Positions 14,231 through 26,520 of a stretch of DNA of 64,000 nucleotides are shown here, piece after piece. A program made the position numbers and the translations under genes. The notes under the pieces are model-generated. The model was not told where the DNA came from, ran no database searches, and saw only the letters and a list, made by a program, of their open reading frames with translations. The stretch comes from Dimorphilus gyrociliatus. Its lineage: Eukaryota; Animalia; Annelida. Numbering within the stretch: the first letter of the stretch is position 1; each line of letters starts with the position of its first letter. The stretch lies in the NCBI GenBank assembly GCA_904063045.1, contig CAJFCJ010000023.1:806001-870000 (forward strand), read 5' to 3'.

Positions 14231-17062
14231 TTTATATATATATCTATATATATACAGTATATATATATATAGATGTACATCTATATATGTAAATTTAGAA
14301 GACACTTGTGTCAGGTGCTGTACAGTACAGTATAGGTGTATAGATATACAGAGAGAGCAGGTGAAAAAAAACAAAGACTGTGAAAAAAAAGGCTTTGAAC
14401 GCTTTTAATTGATTGTAGGATTTCTTTTGCTAGGTGAGGGGAATAAGGGGGAGGGAGGAAGGGAGGGGGGCAGGCGGGGGAATTTAAGATATATTTGCGA
14501 TGTGTATGATAAATAAAGTAATGTGTTGGTTATATTTTTTTAGATTCACACGGCAACTCAAAGAAGCATCCTTCTGAGCAAATTCAACAACAAAAGGAAA
14601 AACAGGTTTGTATAACTAAATATATATATATATATATATAAAAGAAAAAAACCAGAGTAGAAATGGAAGCTCGTCTACGGCCGTTATCAGCAATCCATTC
14701 ATAATTGCTACGCACTGACGCAAATTCGTTCTAAAAATAGAAACAATTCGCACTTTTCTCTTTTTACAGACTGAAGCCAACCCAGCCGACAGAGCTCCTT
14801 GTAACACAGGTATGAAATTTATTACTTTTTTTATATATATATCTTTCTCTTCTAACTGCTTAGTCAGTCAGTCTCTCTCTCTCTCCCATACCCTTCCAGC
14901 GAATTCTTCCTATTCACTTTTCTCTCTTTCCGCGTGACTCTCTCTCTCTCTTTGTCTATTCTTCTCATTCTGTCTCTATATTTGTACATAATAGTAAAAT
15001 ATGTGTGTTGCTCCCTCTATCTTTGACCATCTACTTAATGGGAAGAATAGAAGCAACTTGTCCAGCAATCTTTTTTTCAATCCATATTTAAACGGTGCGA
15101 AATCAATTTATCCGTGTTTTTTATATTGTATAAATATGCCATTAAACTCGAGTGTTTTCTAACTAACAAGAATTCAATAATCGAGTTGGGTAAAAACTAC
15201 CAATAGCGCAATAATATTAAAGGAGAAGAAGAAAAAGAGGAAAAAACTGAAAAAAGAGAAGAAGGAAGAAGGGAAAAAAGAGAAATAATAATAAAAGAAC
15301 TATAAATAAGAAAAAAAAGAAAATTTCATGGGAAAATAAGTTTTTTTTAAATACTTAACAATTTCGGCCTCTTTCTCTCTCTCTCTCTCTTTAAGCATTT
15401 AAGGGTCTATTTGATATTTTTACTCTTTTCTCTCTCTCTCTCTCTTTCCCTCTCTCTCTCTCCCATATACCCCCCACTCACTCCCCCACTCTCTTTCTTC
15501 TTCGTTTCCATCGAATCCGAGTGTGATGTTGGTTTTTTTCTAATTTTATATGTATGTATACTTATTGAGGGGCTTTGGTCAACGCGGTGCTGCGAGCGGA
15601 TAATGGAAAATGTCTTGATGATACATCACCTATTAGAGGGAAACGGGTGCAAAGGGAATTAGGTGTGTTTTTGTGTAGACTCTTATCTATTCTTGTCGAT
15701 TGTCATCTAGAAGAGGGTTAAAGAATAATATTGCGTCGAAGGATTAAGGTTGAAAAATTGACAGTGTTTTTTAGCTGGCTATTTACTATGAATAACAATC
15801 AAGAGTACTTTCTCGATATAACGCTATAGACATTAAGTGCTTTATATTGATTAGTAAAAAATATGATAACGAGGTCTTAAAAAAGATTTTTATATAGGAT
15901 TTATCCTACTACAGCTACCTGCTTATATCATTATTTTTCATACTACGCCATCTATGGTGTGTCTCTCAGTTAGTCTTGCTTTTCATTTATTTTCCGAAAC
16001 GTGTGTGTTTGGCAAGTCAAGTTGTGTAATTTTCTGCATTGACACGTGCTGTCATACGCATACAATATATTATTTCAATTGCTAGTTTCCACTCAGCCAA
16101 AGCTCTATTTCCACACTCTGCCCTCCCTTACTTTTATTTTTCCATCTTTACTTCTCTCTCTCTCTCTCTTATAGCTCTACAGTTTCGTCCCTAGGCTTCA
16201 AATATAATACGAGATTTCTATATTTTTCTCTTCATTTCCCTTATTTATTTTCCTTTTTTTTAGTTTGTATTTAGTTAATTAATGTGATTGTAAAAATCGA
16301 CAGAAGAACCTTCTTCTACACCTCAAGAAAAGATCAAACCGCCTATGATAAGGCAGATGTCTGGAGCCGAGATTGCTTTCAACTTAAAAGATGAGAAAGG
16401 GGATGTCGTCCCTGTAGAAATAGATGGCATAGAAGAGGAAGTTTGCGAAAGGACGCCAACACCAGAGAAGAAAGTCTCCATACAGCAAAGGGTATTAAAA
16501 GCCAGAAATTCCGAACAGCAAATGTCAATTATTGCGGTAAGGCTCGTTGCTGTAGCAACGAATTATAAGCATAAAAATCTAAATGAGATAATTCATAAAT
16601 GAATGGCGAGAGACTATAAAGTAAGAAACGCTTATATAGGAGAGTGAATGATGCAGATGGTCCAGGCACACAGAAGCTAGAGTAGGGAGCTAGGAAAAGA
16701 GGTTGAGGGAAGAAGGGGTAGAGTGATTTTCGGCTATATAGGCCAAACACTTCTAGTATTACATTGATCAAAAGATCATGTAGAAATAAGCTAAATTCGT
16801 CAAATAACGTGAGCAATTTCTTTGTGAAGAGGAAGAAAAAAGGAAAAATTCTTCTCTATTATTAAGTTTGAAAAAAACGATTGAAAAGAAGAAAGAACTA
16901 CGAAAGTCAAAAGTATATGATCTCGAAAGACAAGCTCAATATACAGGGATAGAAAAGAGATAGTCTAGTCCAAATGGACAGTTAAGTTTGAGAAGTGAAA
17001 ATGGGGCAAAGAGCTAGATAGATAGATAGATAGATAGATGGATCGTTGGATATAGAAACACC

Positions 17063-17108
<46 letters not shown>

Positions 17109-17904
17109 AAGAGTGAAAGAGACAGATATATATACAGGCAGACAGAAAACAACGAATGTGCTTTATGAAGCTCTAGTAAATCAGTCCAATATCAGAGGGA
17201 GAAAATGTTAAATAAAAAAATTTCTGTTCGATTGGCATAGAATAAATTCGAATGACTCAGAATGTTATAGCCGAACCGGAAAGACTTTGTAAAATAACTT
17301 AGAAAGAGATAAAATTGAAGGCATTTGTTAATTCAATCTTAATTATATCTCATTGAGTATAAACGAATACGATTAAGTCCAAAAGGCGACAAAGACTGCT
17401 TCCTAACTCAATGAATCAATGTAGAAATAAAGGTATATATTATATTAATATATATAATAGTTCAAGGGACATAGTACGCTTGGAGAGAGAGAATTATTAA
17501 GAGACAGACAGGCAGAGGGATAACAAATGTGCAAGTATGCAGATGCTGTATATATGAGTGCGTGTGGGAGAGATAGAAGAAGAAAGACAGATACGAGAGG
17601 CTATGAGACAAAGACAGCAGAAAGAAAAGTTGATATGATCATTGATCTGCAGGAATACTTTACAGAGCAACGCCTAATTAAGCTTACGAATATTAAGAGT
17701 TTAATGAAACATTACTCTTCTAATTAACTTGATATGCTTCTTACATTTATTTTTTACTAGGCATCGAGAGAAAATAGAAAACAGGAGTGGGTCGAGTTGC
17801 TAGACGAGCATGCGCAGATTGTTAATGAAGTTAATTGCCTAGAGGGCGTTGGCGATAAAGAAAATATAAATGGGCCGTCAGATGGTGCTGCGCAGATATC
17901 TTGA
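10138..17904 (+). CDS. 5-exon, 159-aa acidic orphan protein with N-myristoylation-like start (weak stathmin-like features)
   Basis: Exons 10138-10183 (MGETLTKCGRGEDTP|gtaagt), 14544-14605, 14770-14809, 16304-16491 and 17761-17904 (…RASRENRKQEWVELLDEHAQIVNEVNCLEGVGDKENINGPSDGAAQIS*). All introns are GT-AG, phases 1/0/1/0 match, and the total is 480 nt. TATAAA lies at 10035. The ORF track shows only a fragment (16345-16602). Confidence 0.7.
14136..14169. repeat. (TG)n microsatellite followed by an interrupted (TA)n tract
   Basis: Read directly. Confidence 0.95.
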
Positions 17905-20043
17905 AACTCCCAACGACTCTAGACCTCTGTACTTTTAGTGCCTTGTCTAGCAAGGTTCTGGAGTTGCTAAAAGCACTTGTCTTAATTTGTGACATTCCAG
18001 ATATCGTTCTCGTGTTTTTTCAACTGACACTCATTAAGTCTAGGTGCTGACTGGAATAGCGCTGTTAATATCATCATAAACCTATAAAAACAACATTTAC
18101 AACAAAGAAACAAACAAAAGAAAGAAACAAACAAATAAACAAATAGGCAAGCAGGCAAACAACAAATTACAAAAAAAACAACACAAAATAATAATAATAA
18201 TAACAATAAATCAAACAACAGTAATAACGTTATTAATCATTATGATAATAGCAAGTCAATCTCCTTTCATCTATTCAAATGATCAACAAAATCTATTAAT
18301 ACAAATGTTCATATGTTCTTTATAATGAATGCTATTTAATTGTTGTACTTTGCTCCTCTTTATGCAAAGTCTATATGACAAAAAGAATATAACATACTCC
18401 GATACTGTATGGGCCAACCAATGAAATCGTTCCATACGAAAAAGCCACTAGTTGATCTCATTTGTCTGTCACTCTGTCCGCCCGCCTGTCTATAGGTCTC
18501 TTTCTGTCTGTTTGTCTGTCTGTCTGTGTGTGTGTGTGCGTGTGTGTGTGTGTGTGAGTATGTGTCTCCTTACTCATCTCTATTCGTTATCTAGCTCACT
18601 CTCCTCAGTTTCCCGGTCGTTTCGCTGTTCGATCGGTCTATTAGCTTTACTTGTTGAAAAAAAAAGTCTCTCCGCCAATAAAGGCGTTACAAAAGATTTC
18701 TAAGAAGATTGTCTTCTTGTGTAATTAAACGGTTAATCTGCTTATTTAGCTAAGGCTAGTGTTTAATCGACAAAGCGATTGTCAGCATTATTTATGATTT
18801 TGTGCTCAACTTTTTTGGCTTACTAGCATTTTGAGAAAGAGGCGGAGAGATAGAAAGAGAAAAAAGGAGGAATTAAGAGGCAGGAAGAAAGGATGAAAAG
18901 TGGGCAAAGCTGTTTTAGGTTGAAATTTTGAAACAAGTTGTCTAGGTGAATGGAAAATATCAATATTACCCCATCGATAGTTAGTGCTCAATTACAGTCT
19001 TTACCTTGTACGGATGACCCCTCTCTCTGTCTGTCTGTCTGTCTCTCTTTCTTTCTATCTTTTTCTTTCTCTCTCTTTCGTTTGCTTCCAAATGGAACTA
19101 TTCTTTTTGTTGGAGAGAATCAATGTGATATATAGCCGATATCAAACCTTCTACTCGACGATAACTTTCTTATGTAGCCTTATAAAATAATCATAGCTAT
19201 TCTCTCTAGGTCAATGAAAATACTATACAGACTAGCGGGCCTACATCTTTTAAAGAATAGGATCGATTACCCTTATAGAATAATTTTCTTTTTTTGAAAG
19301 GGCAAGAATTGATCGTTTTTCGACGTTAGCAACGCCAGATATACGCACTACCGATTATTAATGCTAATTTTATAGTGTACGATAGTAATTTATCCAAAGT
19401 AAATCTACAGATACCTTGCCGCTAATATGGAAATTAGATAGGACACTGTGTCCTTTAACGGGGACGAGCCTGATCGGGGTCATTTTTTCGATTAAGCTAT
19501 TATTTGCCTTTAGCCTGTTGGCTTGGAAGTTGGATAACAATTGTCAAATGATATCCCTGCAACCTTTAGTTATATCGTTGCAATTTGTCCATAATTTAAG
19601 AAGCTTTCTTCTTCGGGCTGGCTGCGAGGGAAGCCAACGAAAGCTAGTCTATAATTATCGTAGTAGTGAAGGAGTAATCTAAATGGTTGGAGATGAAAAT
19701 AATAAAAAAAGGGTATTAGAAAAGAGAGAATAAGAAGAGGACGAACAACGGCAATGATGTTGACGACGTTTTGGGGGTTATGGGGGCGGTGGGGGAGGAA
19801 GAAAAGAACGTAGAACAATTATTAGATGTTTATATTAAATAGTTACAAAAGAAGACAGAAATGATGAAAATATATCAAATAGTTAAAGAATAATAACTGA
19901 TTTAGTTAATTTTCGTTTCCTCTTTTATATAATTCTATAATAAATTTGCTGTTGTTACTGATGTAGTTATTTAACTGCTGCTGCCGCTGTTATTAATATT
20001 ATTATTATCATTATTATAATATCATTATCATTATCGTTGTCGT

Positions 20044-20982
20044 TTAGACATTACACGCGTTAATACTGCTATCTTCTTCGCTCACTGCAAAGATTATCTT
20101 CTCCAAGTGTTCACTGTCAGAAATAAGTTCTAAAATATTGAGTAAGGTGACCTTATCCGCTTTGATAAAGGTGTCTAGCTCTTCTAAATTCAATTTTGTA
20201 AGCAAGCTATGGGCATGATTGGCATAAGCAGTTGTTAAACTCCTTCGTATTTTGTTAGACAGTCCGGATTGAATGGCTTCGGTTGGGAGCTCGTTTAGAA
20301 ATTCATCAATTGCGTTCTTTGGTAGGACGGGAATATTGATCTCTTTTATTCTTTCGATATCACTCAACCGATTCTTAGTGTTAAAATGAGCTTCGTTCGG
20401 TTTGTGCTCCTCGTTAGAGCAGTCCACCAAGGCAAATGATCCCAGAAGACTAGTGTTAACAATGCAGTCCTTCTTTAATACTGTCCACGAAAAGTTTTCT
20501 TCGCTGGCTATCTGCCAGTTGGGTTTGGAGGCGAATTGGTGTTTCGAATGGATAAGCTTCAGAGGTCCAATAGGAGAAATTGGTAAGGAGAAGATGGCTT
20601 TAGTTAATTGCGTTTCATTTGTAGTAAGATATATTTGAAAGATGGGAGAGACAAGTTCTCCAAAGTTCGGAGCATCCTTAATATTCCAACTGAGAATTAA
20701 AACAATTGAACAATTTCTTGTAACTGAATTCTGCGGAATAAAAACTTTAACGTTATAGTCATCGAAAATTAATTTTCCTCCTTCGGGCGTCACTCTGAAC
20801 TTTTTAAACAATCTCGATTTGGACATTTCTTGAAAGAGTTTTTTGTTTATAGATAAGGCTGTTTCTAGTTTATTCTCTTCTTTAATTGGTGGCAGTCTGG
20901 CACTTTCAGAAAGGCTTATCTTTGGTAAGGCAGAGGGTCTGAGAACTGGAAAGGTTAAAGGTCTGGAAACTGGACTGAAATC
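20044..20982 (-). CDS. ZU5 domain plus C-terminal death-domain-like protein (UNC5/UNC5CL-like cytoplasmic module), terminal exon
   Basis: FRVTPEGGKLIFDDYNVKVFIPQNSV…ELVSPIFQI…GSFALV matches the ZU5 pattern (GG-L…V-L-IP…L-SP). The C-terminal helical segment LSNKIRRSL…LLTKLNLEELDTF…TLLNILELISDSEHLEKII resembles UNC5-type death domains. The frame stays open upstream of the track's start to an acceptor tttacaag|GAT at 20982. Confidence 0.75.
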   Translation of the reverse strand, partial: DFSPVSRPLTFPVLRPSALPKISLSESARLPPIKEENKLETALSINKKLFQEMSKSRLFKKFRVTPEGGKLIFDDYNVKVFIPQNSVTRNCSIVLILSWNIKDAPNFGELVSPIFQIYLTTNETQLTKAIFSLPISPIGPLKLIHSKHQFASKPNWQIASEENFSWTVLKKDCIVNTSLLGSFALVDCSNEEHKPNEAHFNTKNRLSDIERIKEINIPVLPKNAIDEFLNELPTEAIQSGLSNKIRRSLTTAYANHAHSLLTKLNLEELDTFIKADKVTLLNILELISDSEHLEKIIFAVSEEDSSINACNV

Positions 20983-21358
20983 CTTGTAAAGGCATAGACG
21001 AAGGATATAAACAACACATTTTCTTTTTTTTCATTAACTTATCCTTTATAGGAGAAAAAAAAAGAAAAGAAATGATAGAAGAAAATGAAAAATAGACAAA
21101 AATCTTTTATTTTCTTGATCGGGCTGGCAAGCAGGAGGGATTTAGTTGATTAAAAGCTTTCATAGCCCTTCTGAAAGAACTTATAAGTATATTTTAGAGC
21201 CTGTTCAGGACTAATAATCCAATAATGAAGGGTAGAAGTTGAACGTTGTTAAATTAGCCAGGCGAATGTCTTATCCTTTTTATCATATAGATCCGTGTCA
21301 ATTGTACACCTAAAGGAGGCTCAAAAGGGAGAGGTGATAGATAGACGAAAGGGGGAAG

Positions 21359-21391
<33 letters not shown>

Positions 21392-21567
21392 CGTTAAAGA
21401 AAATGGAAATATAGTCCAAGCAATGAATTATATATATTAGTTATATATAGTATAAGAATATAATATATATATATATATATATTACTAATATATATATAAT
21501 TCCAAGTAAGGTTAATAAAGAAAATATAAAACTTTTCTAAATAAAATAGTAATTGAATATTCTTTCG

Positions 21568-22017
21568 TCATGCCTTTGTTTGTAGTCTTATGGCGGTCAA
21601 AGAATCTGTTTCAGAGTCATTTGAAGTGATACTAGTTGAAGCCCTGCTTTTCTTTGCATACGTTTGTCTTTCTAATAAACTTTTGTTCACCTCTTTTAAT
21701 TGTCCAATCAAATTCTTCTGCCTAGTATCCTGCTGTTTCAACTCTTGATTCTCTTTAACAATCTCTTCAAACATGCTAATCATTTGCTCGACCTCGCAAT
21801 CTGCAACATTCAACAATTGACCTAATTTTGTCTTAACATTTTTAATTTTCCTAGCAGCAGAGATGGTTTTTTGCAATGATCTAATTGTCTTATCAAATGT
21901 GGCATCAGAAGGCAGATTCAAGAGCTGTTTAACAGCGCCGATTTCGGCTTGTCGTATCGAGTTCTCGTCCATATTCCAACTGGCGTAGCAACCGTCTATA
22001 GCGCTGCTGCTTTCTCT
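21568..22017 (-). CDS. Coiled-coil-rich ORF/exon, possibly the 5' part of the ZU5-DD gene
   Basis: 134-aa ORF from the ATG at 21972 with heptad character (MFEEIVKENQELKQQDTRQKNLIGQLKEVNKSLLERQ). The frame is open upstream to an acceptor-like tctctatag| at 22017. It is on the same strand and about 590 nt upstream of the ZU5 exon. Confidence 0.6.
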   Translation of the reverse strand, partial: RESSSAIDGCYASWNMDENSIRQAEIGAVKQLLNLPSDATFDKTIRSLQKTISAARKIKNVKTKLGQLLNVADCEVEQMISMFEEIVKENQELKQQDTRQKNLIGQLKEVNKSLLERQTYAKKSRASTSITSNDSETDSLTAIRLQTKA

Positions 22018-23375
22018 CTATAGAGATTATTGAACGTTGTGTTTGCATTCATATTATTATTCGCGTAATTTTTTATTTGGAGCAAATCTTGCTTGAATGT
22101 AAATATGTTCGTTGTATTTTGACTAGATCTTTATTGAGTGTAGTGTAATTTGGTCGACTATTTTATATGTTTACTGTAAAAAATACTGTATTAATAAGCA
22201 AATTCGCTTACTCTATCATTTTAATGATTATCTTTTAGCAAATAGCCGACTCCTAGCCTTGCCATTTTCAAACAAGAATCCTTTCTAGCCCTTAATAATC
22301 CCTTCCTATATCGCCAATAAACAAGTAGGCTACTTTTCCATGCTCTTCGTCTTCCGCCTCCCTCGTTCTTCTTCTCGTTGCGACAATCCTCCTTACACCA
22401 CTTTCTATTTCATTTTTGCCTTTTTATTTTATAAACAGACTTGTTTATCTTGCTTGAATTCATTTGACAGCTATATATTAGCCCAATAAAAATATGGTAG
22501 ACCTACATAAGAATTCTTCGTAAGACTAAACAGCAGCAACAAGATAAGAGAGAGAGAGAGAGAGAGAGAGAACATTGGTATTTCCTTCTCAGCTCTTCCT
22601 TTTCCCTTTTCGTTAATTTCGTTTTCAATATGTACTGAAGTTTCATAAGAGTTAATTTAATAAAAGACCAATCAGCAATTATTGACTTAATTAACCGAGC
22701 AAATTTCGTCTAATAAACAGAGTGAAATGACATTTCACCTTTCTTTCCTTCTTCTATTGATTAAAATTCTTTCTTTTGCGTTTACTTTTGCATTTCAATT
22801 AACATTCCTTTACTCAACCGCTTTATTGACGGCGTTAACTCTTTCATACCCCTCGTCTTTAAAATTTGTTTCTTTTACACTTTTTTTTACCTCCTTCTCT
22901 CCCTCTACCCAATAATTCACTCATTCATTCATTCATTTAATTCTTTCTTTTTCCTGTCGAATTATTTGTCTCAATTCTTTTCATTTTCTTTTTAGTTTCC
23001 TAAATCTTAGGCTCTCTATACATTCTATTAATGCAATTAAAAATACAAACTTTATGCTTTTCCTCTTTTTTTCGGCTTTTACAACAAAGATGGCGTTAAC
23101 GTAGAGGAAAGCGGTTTCTTTTATCTTTGCCATTGCATACGTCAATGTTTTTATCATTTCTTAACACATAGATTAGCTCTGTGAACATAACAATTTAATC
23201 GGCTTAATCAATTTAAAATCAGCCTATTTTCCTCTTCTTAAATTACTTGACTACAAATAGAACAACTGATAAAATAATTATTACAGCTAACATCCAGCTA
23301 AGACGATAGAGGTCTCTAGATGGCATTATCAACTTTGTTAAACGATGAAAAAAAGAAAGAGGAAAATATGAACAT

Positions 23376-23408
<33 letters not shown>

Positions 23409-25159
23409 GAGAAAGAGAGAGTAGAATGTGTGGATTGCACCAGGGAGTTTATCGAGAGAAAAAAAAGATTAAAAGTGAGACAAAAGAGGGGGTGGGAGAC
23501 AAATAGAGGTAACATGATAAGAAGATCAGGAATTCTTTTTAGTGAGAGAGGGGAGAGAAAATAAGCAATGAGGATGAAGATGAAGACGAAGACGAAGAAG
23601 AAGCAAAGTGAAACGTAGAAATAGAGAAAGAGAAAAAAAATGGGACAAGGCAAAAGGAAAAGGGAGAATAGGAGACATATAGAAAAGGGGGAAAGAGATG
23701 ATTTCTAGAAAAAATGATGCTAGAAAATAAGACAAAACGTCGACATGACAGCAAGATGAATAAAAGAGAAAGAATGCTTTAGTTTGCTTATAGAATCGAA
23801 TTGAAATATTTATTTGAGTTATAATTAAATATTTGATGATAGGAGTGTATTTTGATCGATTAGGCGTCGCAAATGTGTCGTATAATTTAAATATAATGAA
23901 ACTAATGTCGATATTACCCACGCCCTTGATGTAAAATTCAAAAGTCTCCTCTATGCTGTTGACCCTTGAAGATGTACAGTTAATTAGCCATTTGTCTCTT
24001 CTTGGTATTTTTAGCAGGCAGGTTGTAAAATTTAATTGAACCAATAATTATTAATCTACAGTTCCTTTTATCATTTTCCCAATCGAATCGCAAATAGTCA
24101 ACTCTGTTAACTTGAAAAGCCTCGCTCAATGCCACCTTCCCCGCCACCTTGAATTGATTGCGAAAGATATAGAGAAAGATGAATAGAATGAGTGTTACTT
24201 TCTTGAGGCTGTTTCAATAAAAGTTTGTGGTTTTTAACAATAATTCTCTATAAGCTGCTGCTGCTAACTGGAAAAAGTAAAAAGTCAACTTTAAACAATA
24301 GAGAGAAACTGTTAAAGAAGGTAAGAAGGTTGGTGTTGAAGGAGGAAAAAAGAAAAGAACAAAAAGAACAAAAAAGCTGTGGAAGGCTGATAAAGAGTAA
24401 GCGTGTGAAAATGGAAAAGAGATATGTTGCATAATTTAAAACTTATTCATTCCATGGGATGGATTATGATTACAAGGGGAAATATAAAGGATTTTAAGGG
24501 GCAAACAAATCGAATATGTATCCCTGTGTATGTGTGCATTTTACATATATTTGTATACTAGAATGAAAGAACTAATGATTGATTGAATGAATGAATAACG
24601 AGTGGATGAATAGATAAATTTATACACAGTATATACGCTATATTCATTCACATTTCAATATATAGAAATATTAATATAAACAAATGAATAAATAAACAAA
24701 TGAACATTTAAAAGAGTTAGTTACAAAAAGAAGAATATCAATTTGTAGGGAAGGGACGTAAGGAGGAAAGAGAATGGTAAAATAGATATAGATTGATAGA
24801 TAGATAGATTGATAGAAAGACGGAGAGAAGGAAAGAAGGAAAGAAAAAATTATATCAAAAGATTCGTGCTCTTTCACTGGAATGAATGTTTGTAATTCAT
24901 AATTTTCCTTTGGCTAAATTATATTGGAATCAGGAAAAGATAAGGATGAAACTGTAGTAAATAACACGGATTACTAGCGGCTATGCTTTAAAGGCAAACG
25001 ATTAATATAAAGAGTAGCCTACGCCTACATGACGTCTGTTTTAGCGTCTCTAGAGGGATACTTGCCAACGGGATGTGGCATCATTCTTCTCACTTGAACC
25101 TCTTTTACTTTCTACTTTAAAGGGCGCAGAATCAAATTTGCATAAATTTACAGAGACGA

Positions 25160-25189
25160 GCCAATCAGGTACTTTTTGCTACGACGTCA
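25160..25189 (+). promoter_or_regulatory. CCAAT box and CRE-like element in the proximal promoter of the peptide gene
   Basis: gCCAATcag at 25160-25168 and GACGTCA at 25183-25189, 50-80 nt upstream of the ATG. A second TGACGTC lies at 25030. Confidence 0.5.
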
Positions 25190-25238
25190 TTTGTTGCAAA
25201 CGTTTTGGCAAACGGACTTTAACCGACAAATCGCCAAC

Positions 25239-25771
25239 ATGAAGTTTGTTTTTCTAATTGTATTAATACTTATTCCTCTAAGTGACGCTTCTTTCTTCGA
25301 TTTACCACAAGAAAATGGTAAGTTTTTCGAATCTCTTGAATAAACAAACTGTGTTTTGTGCAATAGTTTTCGTTCATCTTGTTTCTCATTTTTTTTCTTT
25401 CTTTATTTCTTTCTTTCTTCCTTCGTTTGCTTCGTTGCTTCCTTTTTTTCCTTCTCCCCTTCCCCTTCCCCCTTCCCCCATACCTGCCCCCTTCCCTCCT
25501 TGTCCACTCCTCGTGGTCCTTTGTTCCTATTGACACTTTCACATATCACCATCAAAAAGAAAACTAAAAACATTTAATACTATACTAGAAAAAGGTCTGA
25601 CATTTGTCTACTTTTAATCTAAATACTATAGATGAAAAGTTACTGAATTGGGATACTTACGCTCGTCGTCCCCTTCAAAAAAAGAGTTCCGTTTCGTGGC
25701 TCTTGGCGGCCACATTGAAAATGTGCGAGAAACAGCCGGAAAAATGTGACGGAATGATTGGAAGGGACTAA
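25239..25771 (+). CDS. 2-exon 72-aa secreted peptide (neuropeptide-like) precursor
   Basis: Exon 1 25239-25317 (MKFVFLIVLILIPLSDASFFDLPQEN, hydrophobic signal peptide, g|gtaagt). Exon 2 25632-25771 (tag|at…, phase 1 matches) gives DEKLLNWDTYARRPLQKKSSVSWLLAATLKMCEKQPEKCDGMIGRD*. It has RR and KK dibasic sites and a terminal G-R amidation signal. Confidence 0.75.
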
Positions 25772-26394
25772 AAGAAATAATCTATCGCCGTTTTTTCGTC
25801 TATTTCTTTAGTCTGTTGTTTTTATTTTCTTCTTCATCTTCTTCTTCTAGTCCTTCTACTTGTAGTTCTTCTTCGTCTTCTTCTTCTTCTTCTTCTTTAT
25901 GGTTTTTTTCCCCACAATGAACTTGTGTTAAGGAAGATAAAAAAAATGGAAGCGATAAAAGTAAAAAGGTGAAGAAAAAAAGATGACAATTATTGATTAT
26001 TTAGTTGATAATTCATTTATGATTTGTGGAGATTTACTATTGTTTTTCTTAGTTTTCTTGTTGCATTTTCATGTATATCTTTGATTGTTTTTTGTTTCGC
26101 AGACAAAAAATAAAACAAGTAAGATTTGTTGTCAGAAAAGAGTACTACTATAATAAATATACGGAAGATAACGACATACTCTATATAGTCTATCTTCTGC
26201 AATACTACTCTACTTTCAATTAGATGTTTCATTAACAACGCAAAGATCGAATGGTCAGAAAATTTTATTATAACATTGTTGGGAAAGGAATATTACTAAA
26301 CATCTGTTGAATAGAGAGAAGACTAAGAGAGGCGGAAGGATGACAGATATACAATATGACTATTAGTAGATAATGTAGTGAAAGTAGTCGCCTT

Positions 26395-26520
26395 ATCAAC
26401 AACAATAACAATTACGATGATAGTTATAGTAGTGTTGGTTATTACAATTAGTACTATCAGTTGTTGTTATTGTTGTGATAGTAGTAATAGTGGTAGTAGC
26501 AGTAGTAGTAGTAGTAGTAG
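26395..26520. repeat. Compound trinucleotide tract (AAC/TAG/TTG)
   Basis: Read directly; it produces the spurious poly-Thr ORF 26396-26593. Confidence 0.85.

Noticed and set aside
23526-24150. ORF 23526-24044 and an overlapping protein-like frame (VAGKVALSEAFQVNRVDYLRFDWEND…)
   Set aside because: The two frames overlap with no clean splice or start, the distal half is microsatellite-derived, and no domain was recognised.
25655-25770. Apparent minus-strand exon MWPPRATKRNSFFEGDDE|gtaagt
   Set aside because: It is the antisense of exon 2 of the better-supported plus-strand peptide gene, and I could build no consistent downstream exon chain.
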